This document shows positions 59,501 through 64,000 of a DNA stretch of 64,000 bases, in pieces. Origin of the DNA: Candidatus Latescibacterota bacterium (GTDB lineage: Bacteria > Latescibacterota > UBA2968 > UBA8231); assembly GCA_965261395.1 (NCBI GenBank), contig OZ253462.1:5728001-5792000 (forward strand). The letters are read 5' to 3'. The first letter of the stretch is position 1. Each line of letters begins with the position of its first letter. The position numbers and the translations under genes are program-made. The notes below the pieces were generated by a model. It had not been told where the DNA came from. It saw only the letters and a program-made list of their open reading frames with translations, and did not search any database.

Positions 59501-60015
59501 AAACCTCCCGCTTCACTATTGCGGAACAAGCCGCTGCACTTGATGGCGAGGTACTCGATCCTACGGTGCGCGCATTCGTTCTCGCGCTCGCCAACGATGG
59601 CATTGATTCCGATATTGATTGGATTCAGACCATTGCGACCGTCGTCGCCAAGAAAGCCCCAGCCGAGTGGACGGATGCCGACCGCGATCGCTTCTGCCAA
59701 GAGTTGTCTTATCAAGTCGCGTCTTTCCAGCGGCTAGTCGCTCTCCACGCCGACCGCCGCGCTGCTGGAGTTGCCGACGCTATGCGGTTGACCGTCACTC
59801 GCGCTGACGGCACTGAGTACGTCCGCCTCGTCGGGGTTGACCAAAATCAGCGAGACGCCTGCGAGGGGGCTCTCGACGCTACGCTTGCGCGCCTTACTGA
59901 CCTTACCGGCTCCCCAGCCCGTGCCCAGCAAACACTCCTTGCGTTGCTCGGCGAACGGCTCCTACCCGCGCCCGAACAGGACGCACCTACTGAAAAGAGG
60001 AGACAACATGGCTGA
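56584..60015 (+). CDS. sspC: Large P-loop ATPase, SspC (BrxC-related)
   Basis: RSASLERD, GPYGSGKS Walker A, LLIIDEFGK Walker B, EWAKVQGRF, YPLHP, QHERTLFSF, PPIGMKAG; TGATG coupling. Confidence 0.85.
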   Translation: MVALADYIAVVGRFARSASLERDIARREPLDGYVVTARALDVVERIAATAANGAAGGAWSLTGPYGSGKSSLALLLDAAFGERDATRAAATELIEATSPAVADLLVRAHQARGTDERGFHRAVVTASREPLHYTLLRALQSAVIRAYGTIPSTRTFRAAKTLKTALSDAESDDPRRIGPSPADLLEVARCLAEDAPLLLIIDEFGKNLEAISDGSDADPYLLQQLAEAGQGAGLPIFALTLQHLSFEDYLVGIDGPRRREWAKVQGRFEDVAYIESAAQTRALIGTVFEIDDDLQPRIRRWAETHAKEMRALGVADLATAATVEACYPLHPLAALVLPELCSRYGQHERTLFSFLTGADSATAASFLSATSLPDRGVLPSLGLDAVYNYFVAGGAGVVGYSQRWSEIATRLRDAHGLTESQTKLAKSIAILNLVSAGGAARASAQVLDIALNGAAKALTSLQDAGIVTYRDFADEFRIWHGTDVDIRGLIKAAHAKVQRQPLVEILAAIHEPEPVVAARHSAEHDILRVFARRYVDGTEPVAPLDPFSPYDGEVLLTVAPDAMPALAQTGENAKPVVTAIPDDLSLLDDAAREVAAVADVLDHDGVKDDWVARREIGERLAQAEAALGHAIEATFNAKVCRWVLLGPEGPIKLPAGRGSAALSAAADQAYSATPTVGNEMLNRTVVTSQGAKARRMLLEAMIEFGDQIDLGLEGHGPEVAMHRAFLKETGMHGRDQRNEVMVFRSPTDKKLRPAWDLLESEFNRARTRRINLADIYAALLSPPIGMKAGVIPVFVTVGLLASSNEVAIYEHGTFRPLLTDDLSERMVRNPKHFDIKHFANTSGARRQVIDALASRLEVRPRFRKHRVSNVLAVVGELVSQVRQLDNYTRRTRNLSDAAVAFREVLSTAVEPDELLFAAIPEALGYHPVPAETKTYSKANEYADAVAGALEELTGSYQRLVDEMLEELFSVSGETSRFTIAEQAAALDGEVLDPTVRAFVLALANDGIDSDIDWIQTIATVVAKKAPAEWTDADRDRFCQELSYQVASFQRLVALHADRRAAGVADAMRLTVTRADGTEYVRLVGVDQNQRDACEGALDATLARLTDLTGSPARAQQTLLALLGERLLPAPEQDAPTEKRRQHG

Positions 60016-60856
60016 CAACACGCGCCACATTTGTGGCATCTCAGGGGGCAAGGACTCCAGCGCTCTCGCTGTGTACATGCGCCGCGAGGTTCCGGACATG
60101 GAGTACTTTTTCTGCGACACCGGGGCTGAGCTGCCCGAGACCTACGAGTACTTGACCCGGCTTGAGGTCGTACTCGGCAAGCCGATAGCTAGGCTCAATG
60201 CCTCGCGTGGCTTTGACCACTGGTTTGAGGTGTTCCGAGGTGCGCTGCCGTCCCCGCAGATGCGGTGGTGTACCAGAAACATGAAGATCAAGCCGATTGA
60301 GGAGTGGGTCGGCGATGAGCCGGTCGTCTCGTACGTCGCCATTCGCGCCGACGAGGCCAACCGCAAAGGCTACATCTCCACCAAGCCCAACATCAAGACT
60401 CGCCTCCCGTTTGTCGAAGACGGCGTGACGCACGACGATGTCCTCCGCATCCTCGAAGATGCTGGCATTGGCCTTCCCGAATACTATGAGTGGCGGACTC
60501 GTTCTGGGTGCTACTTCTGCTTTTACCAGCGCAAAGCCGAGTGGGTCGGCCTTGCCGAGCGCCATCCCGAACTTTACGAGCGCGCTATCGCCATCGAACA
60601 GAAAGTGCTGCGCGACGCCGGTGTTGACGGCGACGCCGACTTCTCCGACCGAGCTATGCGCGGTCGCCAATACACATGGTCGGGTGGCGAAACGCTCGTT
60701 CAACTTCTCAAGCGCCGCGAGGAAATTCTCGCACGTCACAAAGATGCTATGGACCGCGCCGGCAAGAAGAAGACCAACGTCCCGTTGGTTGAAGCACTCG
60801 CTGAAGCACTGGACGATGAGGACGATACTGAGGCTTGTACGGTGTGTTCGCTGTGA
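60008..60856 (+). CDS. sspD: PAPS-reductase-family protein, SspD/DndC-like
   Basis: ISGGKDS PP-loop, DTGAELPETY, RWCT, SGCYFCFYQ, C-terminal CTVC; start reset to ATG 60008, overlapping the sspC stop. Confidence 0.88.
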   Translation: MADNTRHICGISGGKDSSALAVYMRREVPDMEYFFCDTGAELPETYEYLTRLEVVLGKPIARLNASRGFDHWFEVFRGALPSPQMRWCTRNMKIKPIEEWVGDEPVVSYVAIRADEANRKGYISTKPNIKTRLPFVEDGVTHDDVLRILEDAGIGLPEYYEWRTRSGCYFCFYQRKAEWVGLAERHPELYERAIAIEQKVLRDAGVDGDADFSDRAMRGRQYTWSGGETLVQLLKRREEILARHKDAMDRAGKKKTNVPLVEALAEALDDEDDTEACTVCSL

Positions 60857-60895
60857 GGAATTGTTGACGCCGATCTGTAAGGGACTGGAGGAGAG

Positions 60896-61141
60896 ATGCC
60901 GTTAAACGAAAGAAAAATAATCGAGATTATCTCTGAAGAATGTGCCGGAATAGACGAACGGTACAACGGCTACAGGGAAGATATCGGCGATGTGATTACC
61001 GACATTCTTATGTATGAACAGGGCCATCGCGTCTCGAAAACGAATATCCAAAAGGATATAAATGAAAGATTCGATAAAGCCGCTCGGTCCCTTGTCAAAA
61101 AACGCGACTCCCATAAGAGTTCGGAAGAATTGGACTTATGA
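60896..61141 (+). CDS. 81-aa helical hypothetical protein coupled to the SMC-like ATPase
   Basis: GGAGGAG RBS; ATGA overlap with the next gene. Confidence 0.75.
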   Translation: MPLNERKIIEIISEECAGIDERYNGYREDIGDVITDILMYEQGHRVSKTNIQKDINERFDKAARSLVKKRDSHKSSEELDL

Positions 61142-62230
61142 AGCTGATTCGTGCGAAGTTTCAAAACTTTCGGTTGCTCCGGGATTTGGAGCTTGAGTTT
61201 GCTAGCGATCCTGACAAAAATCTGACGGTCATCCGAGCGGCAAACGAGTCGGGTAAAACGACGATTCTCCATGCCTTGCAATGGGCACTCTACGGAGACG
61301 ATGCATTGCCCAACAATGGCAACGGGTTCCGCCTATATCCCATTGACTGGGATACAAGATATGATACGCGCGTTTCAATCACTGCGACAGTCGAATTTAA
61401 GGTCTCAACCTATAGGCGGGTGGGTAGTGAAACACGTGAGACTGAACGGCATTACATACTTGAGCGATCCGCGTTCGAGGTTGTGGACAGTCAGTCGCCC
61501 CGTCCCAGCTCGACCGTGAAACTGTTCGAGGTGGACGATAAAGGGGCGCATTCCTTTGAAGAGCCTGAAACGATTATTAACGAGGAAATGCCGTTCGAGT
61601 TGCGCGATGTCTTTTTCACGGATGGCGATAGGGCGCTAAGATTTATTGAAGCCCATGGCAGCCCAGCAATCAAGCGTGAGCGCGTGGCAAACGCCATTCG
61701 CTCTCTTCTCGGTCTAGGTATCATTGAGAACGCGATCGGCCATGTCAGAAAGTCGGAAGCCTCGGCAACAAAGGAATCGAAAAAGGTCAGTGGCAGTGAT
61801 GAGTTGACAGCTATCGCTTCGCAGCTCGAAAAACTTGAAGAATACTCAAACAAACTGGAATGCAGACTCAAAGACGCGAAACAGCAGTTCAATGCGAATA
61901 GCGAGAAGGTGAGTGAAACCGAGAGCAAGATCATGGTAGCACTTCAGAAAGGCGATGAGGAAAAGCTAAAAAAAGATATTGAAAACACGCGGAGCGAAAT
62001 CAAAGAACTCGATAATAAGTTAGTTGATGCGAAAAAAGAGCATTCGGAATTGTTCCGCAGCCATTCTATTGCGAGAGACCTGCTCGACCCCCTTCTCAGC
62101 CGAGCTCATGAGAGACTCGAGGAGTATGACCAAGTTAAGATTACGGATGCGACGATTCCGGTCCTTCAGGAGCGACTCTCGGAAGAGATCTGCATTTGCG
62201 GCGAAGCACTGAAGTCCGATAATCCAGACG
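61138..62230 (+). pseudogene. SMC/Rad50-like (DndD/PbeC-like) ABC ATPase with CxC hook, truncated by IS
   Basis: FQNFR, ANESGKTT Walker A, WALYG, FFTDGD Q-loop region, coiled coil, ICICG; native frame ends at the IS left end (62231), the LWCMNWCFFRLIG tail is IS-encoded; no signature motif or Walker B. Confidence 0.85.
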
Positions 62231-63415
62231 GGCTTTGGTGCATGAATTGGTGTTTTTTTCGGTTGATCGGTTGAATAAAAACAGGCTCCTCAGTAGATTG
62301 AGCACGACTTTCGCCAAAAAACCCATGCTTTCTCGTCCAAGGAACCTGTCATGGCCAACCTATCGTCTTGCCCCTCTTCCGTCAAGCCTGGTCGCTCGCC
62401 TCGCCGTCGCTCCAACGTCGTGTACCGGGTACGTAATTGGGCCGACTATGAGGCCGGGCTGCAACAGCGCGGTAGTCTGACGGTGTGGTTCACGCCCCAG
62501 GCCGTCGAAGCTTGGTATTATCAAGGGCCGCCTCAGCGGGGGGCGCAATATACCTTTTCGGAGGTCGCCATCCAAACGGCGTTGACGCTGCGTCTTTTGT
62601 ATCACTTGCCCCTACGCCAAACCGAGGGGTTTGTCGCTTCGGTGTTGGCCCTGATGGGCTTGGATCTGCGGGTGCCCGATCACACGACCCTGTCGCGCCG
62701 TCAGGCGGGTTTAGCCGTGGCGTGGCCGCCCCAGCGGGGAGACCAACCGATGCACTTGGTGGTGGATTCGACCGGGCTGAAAGTGTATGGCGAAGGCGAA
62801 TGGAAGGTGCGTCAGCACGGCTGGAGCAAGCGGCGCACGTGGCGCAAATTGCACCTCGGGGTTAATGAAGCCACCGGCGAGATCGTCGCGCAGACCTTGA
62901 CGACGAATAGCCACGATGATGCGGGGCAGGTGGAGCCGTTGCTGGCACAGATCGAGGCCCCCGTGGAGGCGTTGGGCGGCGATGGGGCCTATGACAAACG
63001 CAAGGTGTTCAAGGCGTTGGCCGCGCCCGAGCAGGGGGCACCTATTCATCCGATCATTCCGCCGCGCAAGGACGCCAAAATCGAGCAACATGGCAACACC
63101 AACGCCGAGCCGTTGCCCCGCGATGAGACGATTCGAGCCATCCGCAAACGGGGCCGTCGAGGTTGGAAACACGAGAGCGGCTATCATCGACGCTCGGTAG
63201 CCGAAACGCAGATAGGCCGCTACAAACAGATACTTGGTGACACCTTGCGCACCCGAACCCTAACCAACCAACAGACCGAAGCGCGGTTGGGCTGTGCCTT
63301 GCTCAACCGGATGCGGGCGTTGGCGAAACCTGAGTCCTATCCGCTAACCAAAAAAGCGTAAATCACACGCGAAAGAAGCCAACACGGCCCCGACCGGTTT
63401 TCATGCAACAAAGCC
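62231..63415 (+). mobile_element. IS5-family (IS903 group) insertion sequence, 1185 bp
   Basis: Terminal inverted repeats GGCTTTGGTGCATGAA (62231-62246) and TTCATGCAACAAAGCC (63400-63415), 15/16 match; flanks ATCCAGACG and ACTCCTCGT are not duplicated. Confidence 0.93.
62351..63361 (+). CDS. IS5-family DDE transposase
   Basis: YRVRNWADY..GL.QRGSLTVW, PDHTTLSRR, VDSTGLK, WRKLHL, GDGAYD, YHRRSVAET. Confidence 0.95.
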   Translation: MANLSSCPSSVKPGRSPRRRSNVVYRVRNWADYEAGLQQRGSLTVWFTPQAVEAWYYQGPPQRGAQYTFSEVAIQTALTLRLLYHLPLRQTEGFVASVLALMGLDLRVPDHTTLSRRQAGLAVAWPPQRGDQPMHLVVDSTGLKVYGEGEWKVRQHGWSKRRTWRKLHLGVNEATGEIVAQTLTTNSHDDAGQVEPLLAQIEAPVEALGGDGAYDKRKVFKALAAPEQGAPIHPIIPPRKDAKIEQHGNTNAEPLPRDETIRAIRKRGRRGWKHESGYHRRSVAETQIGRYKQILGDTLRTRTLTNQQTEARLGCALLNRMRALAKPESYPLTKKA

Positions 63416-63686
63416 ACTCCTCGTGGTCGCTTACGGCCAGCCGATACCAGAAGAATGGACTGTCAGTTGGCCTGCGTCGAAGGAAGAGCTTCTTGACCGG
63501 CTGAAATCAAGGATTCTCCGCGGGTACAAGAAGGAGTGCCGACCGCGACTCAGACCGGAACACCCGGAGGGCGGCAAACCACTGACAGATGCAGTGAACA
63601 GGGAAGCAGAAAAACTGACAGGAAGGCAACACCGCCGATTCGAACGGGAGTTGGAAAAGATTGAGGACGCGGCGAAGGCCGACTGA
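63416..63686 (+). pseudogene. Probable 3' remnant of an unidentified gene cut by the IS
   Basis: Frame open from the IS right end (LLVVAYGQPIPEEW...DAAKAD*) with no RBS; does not resemble the missing ABC-ATPase C-half. Confidence 0.5.
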
Positions 63687-63715
63687 GTTTACGGACAACG
63701 GGAGACAAGGAGACG

Positions 63716-64000
63716 ATGCAACTCTATCCGGCAATCAAGTCGCGCATGGGCGACTGGGACTATTATATCGTTCGCATGACCATGCGCGAAGTGGCACGCG
63801 AGGTACAACTCGCGAGCGATCTGTGGGAGGACAAGACGTTGAGCGACGCCATTCAGCGAGTACTCGACGAGTCACGAGTCAAACAACAGATTGTGAATTT
63901 CCTGTCGCGCCGAAGCGATCGCTTTTTTTCTTCTTTGGTCGTGGCAGCTATCGGCGGTAATCCGACTTGGACACCCCACCAGTCCCGATTCCGAGACACT
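63716..64000 (+). CDS. DGQHR/DndB-like protein, 5' part (runs off the window end)
   Basis: Not in the ORF track. AGGAG RBS, then MQLYPAIKSRMGDWDYYIVRMTMREVA...AIQRVLDESRVKQQIVNFL...RFFSSLVVAAIGG; QR motif and FFssLVVA as in DGQHR-family N-termini; the DGQHR motif itself would lie beyond the window. Confidence 0.75.
   Translation, partial: MQLYPAIKSRMGDWDYYIVRMTMREVAREVQLASDLWEDKTLSDAIQRVLDESRVKQQIVNFLSRRSDRFFSSLVVAAIGGNPTWTPHQSRFRDT

Noticed and set aside
54426-60856. BREX type 4 or canonical dndABCDE
   Set aside because: No pglZ or brxL; DUF4007 and the PAPS reductase are separate genes in sspABCD order; no dndE, and the PAPS reductase is short (282 aa). Genes beyond the window cannot be excluded.
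116-63960. Numerous long antisense or alternate-frame ORFs (e.g. 6372..7727, 35940..36818, 38054..38797, 63661..63960)
   Set aside because: Shadow ORFs typical of high-GC DNA that overlap well-supported genes and have no motifs.
1-64000. Stop-codon reassignment suggested by frequent TAG/CTAG
   Set aside because: Conserved genes are full length under the standard code and end normally at TAG; the CTAG excess is better explained by CCWGG decay.

Overview
GC-rich bacterial chromosome segment. The gene style (DUF6785-like membrane protein, several PhyH, Gfo/Idh/MocA and UxuA-like enzymes, a C-terminal 'WGxxK' secreted protein, Gram-negative envelope genes, RNase Y) suggests Ca. Latescibacterota or a related FCB-group lineage; this is inference. 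Positions 1-6 kb hold a catabolic cluster. Positions 6-54 kb are mostly core genes: recN-xseBA-ymdB-rny-zapAB-pheTS-rplT-rpmI, surE, accD, exbBDD-tonB, nrdR-nrdJ, map, topA-xerC, thyA, five tRNAs, a sugar-acid catabolic islet, rfaE2-cpoB-bamD-nadD-thrC and a TonB receptor. From 54.4 kb to the end lies a defence locus. It starts with a translationally coupled SspABCD-type DNA phosphorothioation module. No sspE follows inside the window; instead there is a more AT-rich module (81-aa protein plus a CxC zinc-hook SMC/DndD/PbeC-like ATPase) cut by an IS5/IS903-group element without target duplication, then a gene remnant and the start of a DGQHR/DndB-like gene. Other signals: strong CCWGG depletion with an excess of its 5mC-deamination products, an RNase Y with a degenerate HD site, and an unannotated 49-aa ORF coupled to a peptidase-propeller-barrel gene. 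All calls come from reading the sequence; no searches were run.
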